Shown: positions 1-13,784, counted from the stretch's first letter. The stretch is 64,000 nt of DNA from Lingula anatina (GCA_051362555.1 CM120644.1:9494954-9558953); one strand, 5' to 3'. Notes: a model not told the origin generated them from the letters alone. A program made the numbers and translations.

Positions 1-1353
1 TAAAATTTATATGAAAGAAGTTCATTTACCAGTACAAAATTCCAGGCATCGATTAGAGTTTGTCTGAGTTGAAGGTTCAGATTTGTCATTTGTCAGTAGA
101 CTATTGATTCGTCGAGAATTTAATGCTCGAAGATTTCTATAGGCTCCATATCTGGCGATCATAAGCTGCTCAGTCCTTTGATTCTGCAATTATTCTGGGA
201 ATGCAAGTACATGTAGTCTCTGTGGACGGGTTTTGTCATCTTGTTATACAAAATTGTCACTGAGGTGCCCCAGGATGTTCCTGTACTTGACTGGACAGCA
301 ATGCTTTGACACAATGGTGCAATGTACTCTCAGTTCACGCACCGTACTTGTATGCAAAGATTTGAACGCGTTGGTGAAATATGGAGAATTAGCATGCTTT
401 GTCATTCTAAACCCAGTCCAAAAAGAGTACTACCCTAGGAAACTTAGCGCAAATTACGTGATGCAGCGCTGCTACGAGCGTATACTGACTCACCTGATTA
501 CACAGTGTTATTCACATAACATGCATGAGATAATATATTATTATTATTATTTTTTTTTTTTGGTAAACAATTCATTTTAACCAAGACAGATTTTAGACTG
601 ACCTGACATATCCCATATTAAATATCAAGTATATATATATATATATAGTTCTTTAACACTACAGACTTGACATTTAATATGGGATATGTTAAAACAATAT
701 TAGAGAGCACAATGATGTCATTCCAAATGTATATACAAGTGGTGAATGAAAAAAAAAAAAAAAACAAAACAAATGAATGATGCTAGGAGAGGAAAGAAAA
801 AGAAAAAGAAAGGACTTATCGCCTGTAGACATAATAAAGGTTACAAAGTTGTCATTTGACGAAATTCTTAATGAAAATTTGAAAGTCACGCTGTATGACC
901 TTATCATTGTTTATCTGCTGCTTGCTTGTGTATATTTTTCATAATTGACACGTGTAACAAAATTATTACTTGCTCCTTCGTAAGTAAATAGTGTCATTCG
1001 CGCACCGGCCTTCAAATTAAGCCATTTAAAAATTTAACTCCCTTCACATGGTTGAAGTCATCGCATTGATTACACCAAATAGAATCAGCTTATGTAACCT
1101 CCCTTTTTAGAACAACAACGAAGTACAAAAGTGTGCTTCCCGCTTAACACGTTTATTCATATCTTCAAAGATAAGCAAATAGGGCCAAATGACATTGCCT
1201 TAAAGCTTGTATATACCAGTATTTGAGCCATTGCATACACAGTCAGAAAAAAGCGAATCTAAAATCTGAAATCTGAAGAAAACTAAAATCTGAAATTACT
1301 TTCAGAAGTACTGAAATCAAAGGCAAAGTCCATTTATAATATTTATAAGCACT

Positions 1354-3859
1354 TTATTGTCTTGGTCGGGCGCACACGTTGAACTTCGGTGGCACGTACA
1401 CAGAGCCGGTGGTACCAACTGGGACCGGAAGCATCTCTCCATCGGGCACGTGGAACGTGAAAGCGTGCACCAAGGCTGTGAGGATCAGGAACATCTCCGG
1501 TTTGGCCAGACTCTCTCCTGGACAGGAACGCTTGCCTTGAAAACAGAAAAAAAGGATATTATTATTTTCTCTTCTACATTATACAGAATGATTCACAATA
1601 TCAACGTTTTGTACTATTTACATTTATGGTATCATTATCATTCTAAAACTGACAGATTAAAAAAAATTGAATATGATCGAGAGGTGAAAGTTATCAGCAC
1701 ATGGTACATGCAATACTCGTAATAAAGTGTGGCTACTGAAATCTGAGCGAAGAATGCAGATTAACTTAAGAGCTGAATATCATAACGGATGTTGCTGCAG
1801 TCAGTTTCTTATAATAGTACTGTACTCATTTTTCTATCCCATATAAACAGACACATTTCATACCTAGTGAAAATGGTATAAACCCTTCGACTTTTTTCAA
1901 GTTTCCACATTGGTCCAGAAACCTCATCGGTTGAAACTGGCGTGGATTGGTCCAAATTGCTTCGTTCATGAATATTGACCAGTAGTCTGCCAAAATTCGA
2001 GTCCCCTTGGGTATAAAGAAGCCATGAACTTTGATGTCCTTTGTAGCCTTGTGCATACCCGAGAAAGGAGCTATATTATTACAACGTTGGATTTCCAATA
2101 GTGTAGCGCAAGTGAAAGGAAGATTCGGTCTGTCATCAAGTGTTGGGCGACGTAATTTCCCCACAACTTCATCTAACTCTGATTGGACCTTGTTGCAGAC
2201 GTCGGGATAAGACAACAGGAACAGCATTCCCCATGTCAGAGTCGATGAGGACGTTTCCGATCCAGCAAAATATAAAGTTTGACTATTAGCTTTGATATTT
2301 TCCAAACCAAACAATGGCTGGTCATTCTCTTTTGTTTGGTGCATCATAGCATCGATAAGCCCTCGTGTTGCGCATGCGTTGTAAGCCATTCGGTGCTTAT
2401 GTAAAATTTGGTTTACTGATTTGGCATAATTGTCCCAGGCATGCGCACTTCTTTTGCACTGAGGTAAAAACCAAAGGTATGGAAGGAAGTTTTGAAACGA
2501 TGCCTGACTGCTAAGTTTGACTGCACTGTGGTAAGCTTCTATCAGTGCTTGGAAGTCTGGATCATCGTAGTCATGTCTGCTACCAAACAGTAGGGCCCCT
2601 ATCATGTTAGACGTAGAAGCGCTTACCGCACTATTGAAGTCGAAACGCTGTCCGTTTTTGTGTCCTATGTATTGAATAAGGGCAATGATTTCATTTTCCA
2701 TTTGTTTTTCAACATCAAGCTTTGACAAATACTTAATGATAAAATTTCTCTGCCGTTGGAACTCTGTGCTGTAATCAGCACACAATAAACCTGTAAGATA
2801 AAAAAATATCCCGTGATAGAAAAAATAAGTATTTCATCATTTGAAAGCAATTTTAGCGATAGAAGGCATTTATTCAGCGCTAAAGTTACAATGAACACCA
2901 TTTCGTTTCCTAAAAGGATTGCGTTCGAACGGTGAAATATGCATTAATAACATTTTGTCATGTCCCGTTAACAGCTCTGTATACTGTATAACGGCAACAT
3001 GTCTGTAATACAAGTAATAAAACTGTGAGGTCGAAGTGACTGGCAGGTTCAGGTAAATTGACTGCCCTTTGTGCTGCAGTAAGGAAAAAAGGCATTATAC
3101 CCGAATGACGTTTTTCAATAGTAGCATGATAAATAAGTAAAATTATTTGTGAAAACTTTACTTAGAAGTATATTCCGGTGTGGTGAACTTTCAAACTGGA
3201 AGTACGTGTACGTGTGCCTTGACAATTTTTGTCTCTTTTTGTATATAAATGCATGACTCGTGCTCTGAATAATACATGTATGTGATTCGAAGAAATACGT
3301 TTTCTTAGCATTTGTTATCCCAATGGCACCCCTAACACATGGTGCTGAGATTTTGAATACCCTAAATTCAGTGTGCATCAAAGTTGGCTCAGTACTTGCA
3401 CATTGAATTCGGAGCTCAACCAGAATTATTGGTTAACAATGAAATATATATTGACTTATTTCAGGGAAGCTTTTGTGCATGTGTTTCCTTTTTTAAAATA
3501 AACCTACCTCTCCCGCCAAGAAACCTGAAAGTCGGAATATGCAGCCTGCCAGAGGACAAAGCTCCCTTTCTCTGAAAAACATCTCGAATAGCTTCATAAC
3601 CGTTCAATATAACCGTTGTTGTGGTTCCCATTTTGACGGTGAATATGTTGCCATACTTCTTGGCCCATTTCATCATAGTCAGCTGGGGCTCTCTGTCGAG
3701 GAGGGGTAAAACGCCGACAACCGGGAAACCCCACGGACCAGGAGGAAGGTTGAAACGATTTGAGTGTCTCGCAAGCCAGAGGAGTAAAAGAAATACAAGT
3801 GCGCTCAGTAGCAGTGATGTATCAAGGAAATCGCTGAGAGCTACCTCCATTGACGCCAT
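1354..3859 (-). CDS. Cytochrome P450, CYP2-clan-like, gene A; exons 3859-3508, 2790-1864, 1535-1354 (486 aa)
   Basis: N-terminal TM anchor then PPGPWGFPVVG; I-helix AGSETSS; ExxR (LEIQR); QFQPMRF; heme motif FSLG|KRSCPG across intron 2. GT-AG phase-1 introns; exon lengths 352+927+182=1461 nt. Confidence 0.93.
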
Positions 3860-4848
3860 GTAATGTATTAAGTGTTCTTATTACTGGAATGCAGGCAATA
3901 TGTAGTGCGTAATACCAATATATTACATGATGTTATTTGACCTGCAATGTGGAAAATGGCGGTTTCGGTATTTTACCTTAGCATTTATCCAGATGCTAAA
4001 GTATTTATCCAGATGTCTATAACCTACATGTAGTTTCGGATAATTTGATATGGTGTTGTTTAAACCTTGTTTGGTAAAAGTGAACTGGTCAAATTTGCAG
4101 GAAAGTTAGGAAAATGTACTCTCTTTAAAGACCCCTATTTGTGTAAGTAAAACGCACATGGCATGCTTTAGAAAGTTTCTTGGTCGGATTAATGAATAAG
4201 TGTGTTATTTTTACCGTGTCCTCAATAGATGCAAAGTGGCAATTTTGTAGTTTGTGTATGTAATTAAGTGTCGATATTTACCAGAGCAGTGGTGTAAACG
4301 CCTGCTTAAGTCAATAAAGTTTTCCAAGAGGAAGTGAGAGCAGGAATGTGGTAAAGGTTACAAAGTTGTTATTTGATGGAATTTTTAATGAAAAATATGA
4401 CCCTTAATCATTGTTTATCAGCTGTTTACTTGTTTATAATTATCATAAATGACATTCGTAACAAAATTATTACATTATCCTTCATATGTAAATGGCCATT
4501 TAAAAATTAACTCCGACACATGGCTGACATCATCTAATTGATTACACCAAATAGGATCAGCTCATGTAATCTCCTTTGCATTTTTAGAAATACAACAAAG
4601 CTTCCCACTTGATACATTAATTCATATCTTCAAACATGTAAGCATGTAAACATGTAAGCATGTATCGACATTGCCTTAAAGCTTGTCTATACCATTATTT
4701 GAGCAGGTGCATACACAGATAGATAAAAATTCTGATTCTCCATCACTGAAGTGAATATACTGGCATATTCATTGCAATTTAACATCTGAAATTACTTTGA
4801 GAAGAACAGAAATCAAAAGCAAAGTCCATTTATTATATTACAAGCGCT

Positions 4849-5030
4849 TTAGTAACTTGGGCGGGCGCACACGTTGAACTTCGGTGGCACGTACACAGAG
4901 CCGGTGGTACCAACTGTAGCCGGAAGCACCTCTCCATCCGGCACGTGGAACGTGAAAGCCTGCACCAAGGCTGTGAGGACCAGGAACATCTCCGGTTTGG
5001 CCAGACTCTCTCCTGGACAGGAACGCTTGC
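4849..5030 (-). pseudogene. Duplicated last exon of CYP gene B (GKRSCPGESLAKPEMF...ARPSY*)
   Basis: Same as 13785-13966; no exon 2 lies between it and the duplicated exon 1 at 12444-12795. Confidence 0.85.
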
Positions 5031-5220
5031 CTTGAAAACAGAAAAAAAATATTATTTTCTGTTTCCAATATATAGAATACTTCACAATATTAATGATTTG
5101 TACTATTTACGTTATTATTATTATTATCAATCTATAGTTGACGGAGTCAAAAAACTTTTGAATTTGATCATGCGGTGTAAGTTATCAGCACATGGTACAA
5201 CCCTTAGCAAAATTTAAGGC

Positions 5221-5605
5221 TTCTTGCAAACAGTTGCTGCAAATTTGCAACAAATTTGCAAGAGGAAATTTACCATGTAAATTAAGTCTCTTGCAAATTT
5301 GCTGCAAACTCCCCACAAACTTAATCAGCATGACAAAAGGGAATCTGTCACAGGTTTCTTGCAAATTTGCTGCAAACTCTCAAGAACCATTCATGCGAAT
5401 TTGCTGCAAACTCTCCACTACAGTTCTTGCGAATTTGCTGCAAACTCTCCAGAACTGTTCTTGCGAATTTTCTGCAAATTCACTAGAAGTTCTTGCAAAT
5501 TTGCTGCAAACCCTCCAGAACTGTTCTTGCGAATGCTCTGCAAACTCATAAGAAATCCTTCTTGCAAATTTGCTGCAAAATCTCCAGAACTGTTCTCGCG
5601 AATTT
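5221..5605. repeat. Left subterminal repeat array (TTCTTGCAAATTTGCTGCAAA core); copy at 14157-14540
   Basis: About 10 visible repeats of TTGC(A/G)AATTTGCTGCAAA next to the TIR; the same motif fills 33860-34445. Confidence 0.9.
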
Positions 5606-6157
5606 TTCCGGAACCCTCCCCCCCCCCCCCAAAAAAAAAAAAAACAAATCGAAAAAACATTCTTCTGCAGTACCACTATTGCAGTAGACTGCCAACTAAT
5701 ATTTAGCCCAGTGATTATGCTTTTATTTATGCCAGTTTTTTTTTTTTAATTAAATCTCAATCATGTATGCCATATTTGAAATCATGGAGTAGCAAAATTT
5801 TATTACTGTATTTTAGCCATATAGTGCAGCTGGCAGAACACATACAGAAAATTATCAAATGAATGAAAAAATAGCACACACAGAATATCAGTAAGAAACA
5901 CCATAAACATTTTTCAATATTTTATTTTAGAAACTTGCACATTTAAATCAAATTAAATCAACATTTGGTAAAGATTGTTCAGATGTCTCTGATATAATGA
6001 TACAACGTGAATCTGCTTATGCATTTTATTCATTGGAAAGAACAGTAACCAAGCTATAAAGGATGCTTTAATCTTTAAGAGGATTCAACAACTTTATTTA
6101 CATCCAAGTTTAAAGAAGTCCGAGTTTAATTATCGAGTCCTTAGTAATATTTCTTAA

Positions 6158-8638
6158 AGGACAATGTTCATGTAAAAATCCATTTCTCGAATTTTGAAGA
6201 TACAGCACTCAATCTATACACTAGAGGTATGTTTTAATCGATCCCCGCCATTTAAAAATTATAAAAACAATCTATTAGTAGGAAAAAAAGCGTTTTAGTA
6301 AACCTCACCTCAATATGCAAAAATGAAGCAACAGATCTGGATCACGTGGTACTGTGACGACAATCACGATAAAGGTCTATGAGACTCTGAGCTGCATGTT
6401 GCATACAGACGGAGAAGTTAAGGAAAGTTGTGTAGAACGGAGTTGAGGAAATTTCGTTATGCCTCGGTGTGTTGCCGTGGAATTCAGCAAAATTGCAGCT
6501 CTCGTTGACAATCTTTCTTTGTCTGTGACGGTCTTCCGTGACTTACTTACTAACTTCGGTGACAATAGTTGCGATGCTCTAGATCATGGTCACCTCAGGT
6601 GGTTTAGATCATATCTGGTAGTCTTTCAGATTAACTGTCATCAGTTGGCAAACTTACTGATTGCTGATGCATTTTAAATGCATTGTAGTTGACCAAAAGC
6701 TCGTTTACAACAAACCTGTTAATTATGCACCGCTGCAATTCCCAAGCCAGGTAATAACAGGTATGAAACTCGTCTTGGTGGGCTTTCATATTTTTCAATA
6801 TATCTCATTTATTTCATGGGGTTATTTTATTTGTATTTGTAAATGACGTTAAATATCAATACTTAAACAATTAAGTTCAAACACGGTCGCGAACATTAAT
6901 AAAAGAAATTGCTCTCAGGGTATCTTGAAGCTTCCGTGGAAGAAAACGTGTTGAGGAAAAACAGGAAAAAGAGCGTTATATTAAAGAAAAAATGGGAACT
7001 GCTATAATAAAATGGTTCGTTATCCTAATTCGTTTATGCTTTGAGGATTTGTTTCTGAAGATTATTTCATCTGAAATATTAAATAATTTAAAAGATTGAT
7101 CATTTTATAACTTGAAACGCAAATTCTGCGTCAGTACGCAATTTTTTTTTTTTTTTTTTTTTTTTTTTGCAAATTTGTAAGCTTATAACACCGTGCTATT
7201 ATAAAGATCTACTCAAGAAAAAAATTTGCTTGGGTAAAATTGAGTACGGAATGAACTGGAGACACTTGGCTTGTCATTAAGTTTACACGAAAATATGTCA
7301 GGTAACTTTATACTGTCTTTGAAAGAGTAAAGATTGAAAGATAATTTTAGACAAACTTTGACGGGGGAAATACCTACAAAGAGTAATGGGCTATTTCGCC
7401 AACATCTTGTTGAAAATTTTACACTGCAATTCTATTCAAATAAGCTAAGGAACTAATTGCCAAATTAATACTCTCATCACATAACAGGGGGGTAACCAGA
7501 CCTGCAAAAATTGTACGCACATATTTAAAAAGATTACAAGCACATACAGCAAAATGTAGACTTACGCAAAACATGAAGGACAGCGTACCGTAATCACAGC
7601 AAATGTACCTCATATAGTAGCTAAATTTCCATTAATAATAAAATCATCATTTAAGTCAAAAATATTCTTGCGATTTAATAACTATTTTAATTTACCCAGA
7701 ACGGTATATTTATTTTAAAGGCGGTTAACTGAAATATAGTTTTATGATTTGTTTGTGAAAATTGCCCATGTCACCCTGTTAGTTTGGAGGTCTAAGCTGG
7801 ATCAAGTCCGTGTTAAAATTCCTATGAAGTTGTGCAGGAAAAATTCTTCCTTTCTTTCTCTAGCTCCTCGGTAAACCTGGTGTTCAGATTTTATCTAGTA
7901 CCCCCAGGTCTACGGGAGCTGCGCTTTGTAACTAACGCACAGGTAGATTTTTACCTGAGATAACTGGAGTAAAGCTTAGATAGAGAGTGCGTTCGATACA
8001 AGCAAGACAAATTGAATGCCATTTAACCCTCTAATTAAGAGGTAAAGGAAGTTCCAGTTAGATGGATGATTAAGATAGGACTTGTCAAGGTAACGGGCAT
8101 TGTTTACCTCAGTTTAATAAAAGTATGCAAGACGGAGTGTCAGCGGTTTAATAAAATAAATTGAATTTCACAAATAACATGGACCTCATATGCAATAATC
8201 AACATTTCCCTTAACTCATTCAAATGCAGTGTTTTATACAACTTGGGATAACCATAATGAAATGCTTGTTAAAGAAATGACTAGACGGGAAATGGTTTTA
8301 CACAGCTTCACGAGGATTTAGACCCCTCGGGTAAGAGATTTGAATGAGTATAAACTTTTATCAGAAGCCAGATAGAGAAGTTATCTTACAGGTAGACAAT
8401 GCAGCTCAGTTTGACAGCTAAGCACGCTCTGTTCTCCAGTGGCTCGATTGTCGTCATTGGACCACGTGACCACGTAGCTCATTAACTCCCAGGCCGAGCA
8501 AATAGGACGTTTTTTAAAGCCAAAAATTTACAAAATGAGCTTTTAATTTGTGTATTTGGATTAAGATATCGTTAGTTGGGCATGTTTTCTGAAGAATATG
8601 TTCCGTTCAGGCCATTCTGACGGCATGAAGCAAACCCT
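6158..8638 (+). mobile_element. Kolobok-like non-autonomous element nested in the CACTA element; copy at 15097-17576
   Basis: TTAA on both sides (6154-6157, 8639-8642); imperfect TIR AGGACAATGTTCATG vs AGGGTTTGCTTCATG; inverted subterminal motif CACGTGGT-N4-TGACGACAATC (~6343 +, ~8445-8467 -); decayed THAP-like start MPRCVAVEFS at 6459. Confidence 0.55.
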
Positions 8639-9213
8639 TTAATTCTGTTAACTGGCTTCAATATATCAATTCTGTTAATGATTCACTGTAATGTATTTTG
8701 TGTGTATAAGTATATAAGGAGTAGAACTTAGTATAAGAGCTCAGAGTGAGTTTGGTCAGTTGAACTGATAGCTAGATAGTCCCTGCTGTCCTAGGAGACT
8801 CCAAATCTGTCAGCCAGAGAAATAAACGTAGAGATCAGGCAGGTTGTAGTTGATCTCTGGAAAACATATCACCGCTGTTGTTTCACTCGCTAGAGAAGTC
8901 AGACCAAATTTCGACTGGGATACAAGCACCATATCACATCTGAAAGACAAGAAAAATAAAACTTGACATTTCTTGTAAAATTTGTTGCACTCACAGGTAG
9001 TTTGTCAAGTAAGCTTCTAGTAGTTTCCATTAATAAAAACACCTATATATATACATATATATGATTTATGTTGTTAAGTAAAACTAAACTAAATTTAGCA
9101 GGCATGGTATAATCTAATCACAGTTAAAAATACTTTTCCTACCTTTTTTAAGGCCCTCTTTGCAGTGTGAATTTTTGCACTCATAGTGTGCTTAATTGCT
9201 GGCCCATCCATTT

Positions 9214-10486
9214 TCAAGTTGTTAATAACATACACTGAAAGAAAGAGAATTTAAACAATAAATAAAGCATGACTTCATTTAAAAAACTAAATGAGACAGA
9301 TGGGGGGGGGGGGGGGGGGGGTGGATATGGAGGGCACAGGGTATGCGTGTGGGGAGTTATGGAGGGCACAGGGTTGGATATGGTATGGGTGTGGGGAGAT
9401 ATGGAGGGCACAGGGTTGGAGATGGTGGGAGTAAGACGGGGGACAGATGATGCACGAGGCACTGAAACACTTTCTTCAACTGCTGCATTACAAGCTGGCT
9501 CTGATTTTTTTCCTTGAATAACACAGGGAAAGCTTTATTAAATTTGAATTCATGTGTGTAAAATGTACTTATTATTTGAAAGAGGAAATTACAATTTTTT
9601 CAGCATTTAGTGGAAAAGATATGCAACAGCAATTGCAGGTCAATTAACAATATACTTACACTACTACCATTGCTCTGGTTGTCCTTTTTATCTAAAAAAG
9701 TTAAAACATAAAATGTTATTCTACCAAAAAAGTGATGCATTAAGAATATATATTTATATATATGAACAGTTCATCATAGGTTGCATGGTTGTTTGAACTA
9801 AAAAAAAAGTGGGGTTCCTGTTATTCAGAAGCAAGGCAACACTGAAACATTTTGGATTCTGTGTTACTATTAAAAAAAAAACAACAATAATTATGGAATT
9901 ATCAGACATATTAGTTTCACAAAGAAGAGATAAGTCAGTATGAGGGTGATACACTTAAATTCTTAGATTTGTTCAGAAGTCTTTGACACTCACTGAAAAT
10001 ACATTTACTCACCTTTCACATATGCCTTCTTTTCCTTCTGACATGCATTTCTGTAATCTAAAATAAAAGGAGAATAGGTTTCAAAGCATTCTTTTAAAAC
10101 ACATGTATTTGCACTTTGATATTTCTCCTTTCTGTGGAAATGACCAAAACTGACTTTTAAAACCATCAAGACTATTAAAACTATAATTTTTTCCTGTGGC
10201 AGATATGATTGAATGTGCAAGTTTTTTTTTCAAGATTAAAAGTAATTTCAAGGGGCTAAGTTTAAAGGTGCATATGAAGTAAATTTTGGCCATGCATATA
10301 AGCCAACAAAATGCCAGCATATAGTTTCAAGTAGTATAACTTAGAGGATTACCAAAAGGCATAGTTTAATTAACCCCCCCTCCAAAAAAAAAAAAAAAAA
10401 GAAAAGAAAAAATATTTGAACAGATTTTTCTGCTAGCACTCTATGCTGTATATCAATGGACAAAAAAAATAAATAATAATAATAAA

Positions 10487-10517
<31 letters not shown>

Positions 10518-10964
10518 TAGGTCATGAAAAAAGGCTAAATTTCTGGCCAAAAATTTAAAGAAAGGAGCAGTCTAAAGCTCTTTAATGACCAATCTGGTGA
10601 CTTATTCAGTTTACCCCTTGTCATGTTAAATTTATTTGAGTAATTAGGAAATTTGAAGAAGTAGTTTATATGTGTTACTGGAAATCCATGTTACAGCGAT
10701 GCTCTGTAAATATGTACCTTAAGTGCCGTATGAACCCTTCTGCCCTTTGAATTTATTTCACCTAAGCAAACTATACTAATTGAGAATACACTTACCACTA
10801 AATGTAAATCACTTTTGCCAAATACATGCAACCATCCCAAGGAGCCATGAGTGTCTCTCCAACAGTAGGGACTTCCCCTTCTTACTCTTCCTCCCTCTCA
10901 AACTTCGAAACGTCTTCCACTGATACAACTCCATCCTTGTCAAAACCAATAGTAATCCACGTCT
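9214..10964 (-). pseudogene. Decayed spliced accessory gene of the CACTA element (exons ~10964-10796, 10057-10013, ~9690-9660, Pro-rich exon ~9520-9300); copy at ~18152-19897
   Basis: AG/GT-bounded exons reading TWITIGFDKDGVVSVEDV...*...VGETLMAPWDGCMYLAKVIYI and DYRNACQKEKKAYVK, with internal stops. Resemblance to N-termini of BEN/DUF4806-type transposon accessory proteins is an inference. Confidence 0.45.
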
Positions 10965-11008
10965 CTATAATTTAAAAAGAATATAGTTACACACTTATTC
11001 AACCGTTA

Positions 11009-11082
11009 CAGAGAGAGAGAGAGAGAGAAAAAGAGAGAGGGGGGGAAGGAGAGAGAGAGAGAGAGAGAGAGAGCGGAAAAAA

Positions 11083-11124
<42 letters not shown>

Positions 11125-11150
11125 TAAGAAGAGAAAGAGAGAGAGAGAGA
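11009..11150. repeat. (AG)n-rich microsatellite; copy at ~19942-20083
   Basis: Direct reading. Confidence 0.9.
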
Positions 11151-11445
11151 ACGAGATGGCCTTCCCAACAAGTACCATACTAGCGCCCCCATACTAGAAC
11201 TGTATTTAGAATCGGTTTACTTTCTACTTTCTACTCGCAGGCATGATGAGAATTCTCTGAGTGTAGTAAAATCCTATCTTGAATCAAACGTTCTGATTAA
11301 CCTTTGCACTCACCTGGCTTTGCAATCAACGCATAATAATTTCTAACTGGTTACACCAACTTAAAATCAGCTGCCGGTAAATCTCAAACCGTCTTCTTCT
11401 TCAAAATTTCCCGTGATGCATCAGATGGCGCATCAACCTATCACG

Positions 11446-12192
11446 AGCAGCACAGGCTTCAAACAACTGCGCATGTGCGAAAAGTGCGCTGTTTGAAATG
11501 AACAAGTTGGTGAAATTGACAATGCCTGCCGGCGTTTACCGTTTGGTTGATTTTATTTCATTAGCTCTCTGGTGTCTTTTTGAAAGTTTATATTAGAAAT
11601 GTTCTATTGATTTTATGTTGTAAAAAGTAAATCCGTCTGAATTCCTTAGAAAAGCATTTATTCTACCTTCATTTTAAGGGGATTCCCATTGTATTTATAG
11701 TGTTATATGTGGCCCCAATGGGGATTTTCACACCTCCCCCACTCTTGATTAATAAAATTCTTCATCTGGAGGATTGTAAATTATATTGCAAAATACACTG
11801 AAAATCTTAGGAAGGTTAACTGCAGATAATGCTGCGAGGATATTCTTAACAGTGGGGGAACTCGGCCAATATAAAATTTTTAACTTCGTTTTACGATTTT
11901 GGAGCGCCTGTTCTAATTTTTGAAAGAGAGGCAATGGAACCAAACAATGCTATACAATTTGTAATCTCGTAAAAATTGCTATTTTTATATAAAGGTTATA
12001 GCATGGAGTACATCGAAATGCGACTTGTTTATTATTATGATCTTAAATAATAATTAATATAAAACAAACGATATAATACGTTCTTAACGTTAGCCTATTT
12101 ATTAGCTTAATTGATTTTTTTTCGTATTTGGAGATTAAAAACACAAAAGTTGTCTGGTTTCATGTCGAGGCACTACGTTTCGTTCGTGTGCT
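11446..12192 (+). mobile_element. 747-bp unclassified non-autonomous element (AGCAGCACAGG...TTCGTGTGCT), preceded by ATCACG
   Basis: Same as 27740-28486; its right end coincides with the duplication junction. Confidence 0.75.
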
Positions 12193-12443
12193 ATTATGCT
12201 CTGAATAATACATGTATGTGATTCGAAGAAATACGTTTTCTTAGCATTTGTTATCCCAATGGCACCCCTAACACATGGTGCTGAGATTTTGAATACCCTA
12301 AATTCAGTGTGCATCAAAGTTGGCTCAGTACTTGCACATTGAATTCGGAGCTCAACCAGAATTATTGGTTAACAATGAAATATATATTGACTTATTTCAG
12401 GGAAGCTTTTGTGCATGTGTTTCCTTTTTTAAAATAAACCTAC

Positions 12444-12795
12444 CTCTCCCGCCAAGAAACCTGAAAGTCGGAATATGCAGCCTGCCAGAGGACAAAGCTC
12501 CCTTTCTCTGAAAAACATCTCGAATAGCTTCATAACCGTTCAATATAACCGTTGTTGTGGTTCCCATTTTGACGGTGAATATGTTGCCATACTTCTTGGC
12601 CCATTTCATCATAGTCAGCTGGGGCTCTCTGTCGAGGAGGGGTAAAACGCCGACAACCGGGAAACCCCACGGACCAGGAGGAAGGTTGAAACGATTTGAG
12701 TGTCTCGCAAGCCAGAGGAGTAAAAGAAATACAAGTGCGCTCAGTAGCAGTGATGTATCAAGGAAATCGCTGAGAGCTACCTCCATTGACGCCAT
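12444..12795 (-). pseudogene. Duplicated exon 1 (with upstream region) of CYP gene A; its intron 1 runs into transposon sequence
   Basis: Same as 3508-3859; no exon 2 follows before the orphan exon 3 at 5030-4849. Confidence 0.88.
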
Positions 12796-13784
12796 GTAAT
12801 GTATTAAGTGTTCTTATTACTGGAATGCAGGCAATATGTAGTGCGTAATACCAATATATTACATGATGTTATTTGACCTGCAATGTGGAAAATGGCGGTT
12901 TCGGTATTTTACCTTAGCATTTATCCAGATGCTAAAGTATTTATCCAGATGTCTATAACCTACATGTAGTTTCGGATAATTTGATATGGTGTTGTTTAAA
13001 CCTTGTTTGGTAAAAGTGAACTGGTCAAATTTGCAGGAAAGTTAGGAAAATGTACTCTCTTTAAAGACCCCTATTTGTGTAAGTAAAACGCACATGGCAT
13101 GCTTTAGAAAGTTTCTTGGTCGGATTAATGAATAAGTGTGTTATTTTTACCGTGTCCTCAATAGATGCAAAGTGGCAATTTTGTAGTTTGTGTATGTAAT
13201 TAAGTGTCGATATTTACCAGAGCAGTGGTGTAAACGCCTGCTTAAGTCAATAAAGTTTTCCAAGAGGAAGTGAGAGCAGGAATGTGGTAAAGGTTACAAA
13301 GTTGTTATTTGATGGAATTTTTAATGAAAAATATGACCCTTAATCATTGTTTATCAGCTGTTTACTTGTTTATAATTATCATAAATGACATTCGTAACAA
13401 AATTATTACATTATCCTTCATATGTAAATGGCCATTTAAAAATTAACTCCGACACATGGCTGACATCATCTAATTGATTACACCAAATAGGATCAGCTCA
13501 TGTAATCTCCTTTGCATTTTTAGAAATACAACAAAGCTTCCCACTTGATACATTAATTCATATCTTCAAACATGTAAGCATGTAAACATGTAAGCATGTA
13601 TCGACATTGCCTTAAAGCTTGTCTATACCATTATTTGAGCAGGTGCATACACAGATAGATAAAAATTCTGATTCTCCATCACTGAAGTGAATATACTGGC
13701 ATATTCATTGCAATTTAACATCTGAAATTACTTTGAGAAGAACAGAAATCAAAAGCAAAGTCCATTTATTATATTACAAGCGCT

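Larger units (their letters stand above)
5201..12192 (+). mobile_element. Duplicated left part of the EnSpm/CACTA-type element (left TIR, subterminal repeats, nested elements; no right end)
   Basis: Starts with TIR CCCTTAGCAAAAT at 5201, same as 14137 onward; truncated at the duplication junction. Confidence 0.85.
3261..12196. repeat. Unit 1 of a near-identical tandem duplication (period 8,936 bp); unit 2 = 12197-20377 plus 27739-28486, interrupted by the LINE
   Basis: The sequence from 3261 (TGCTCTGAATAATAC) recurs at 12197, and the ORF track repeats with a +8936 offset. Differences seen are mostly homopolymer lengths plus rare substitutions. Confidence 0.95.

Noticed and set aside
5192-5706. 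Overlapping ORFs rich in CKFAAN/LQICCK (also 14128-14801 and 34022-34704)
   Set aside because: Translations of the subterminal TTGCAAATTTGCTGCAAA repeats, not proteins.
6363-6368. Another ATCACG that might bound a third element ending at 11439
   Set aside because: Followed by AT rather than AG, and part of the subterminal motif of the Kolobok-like element.
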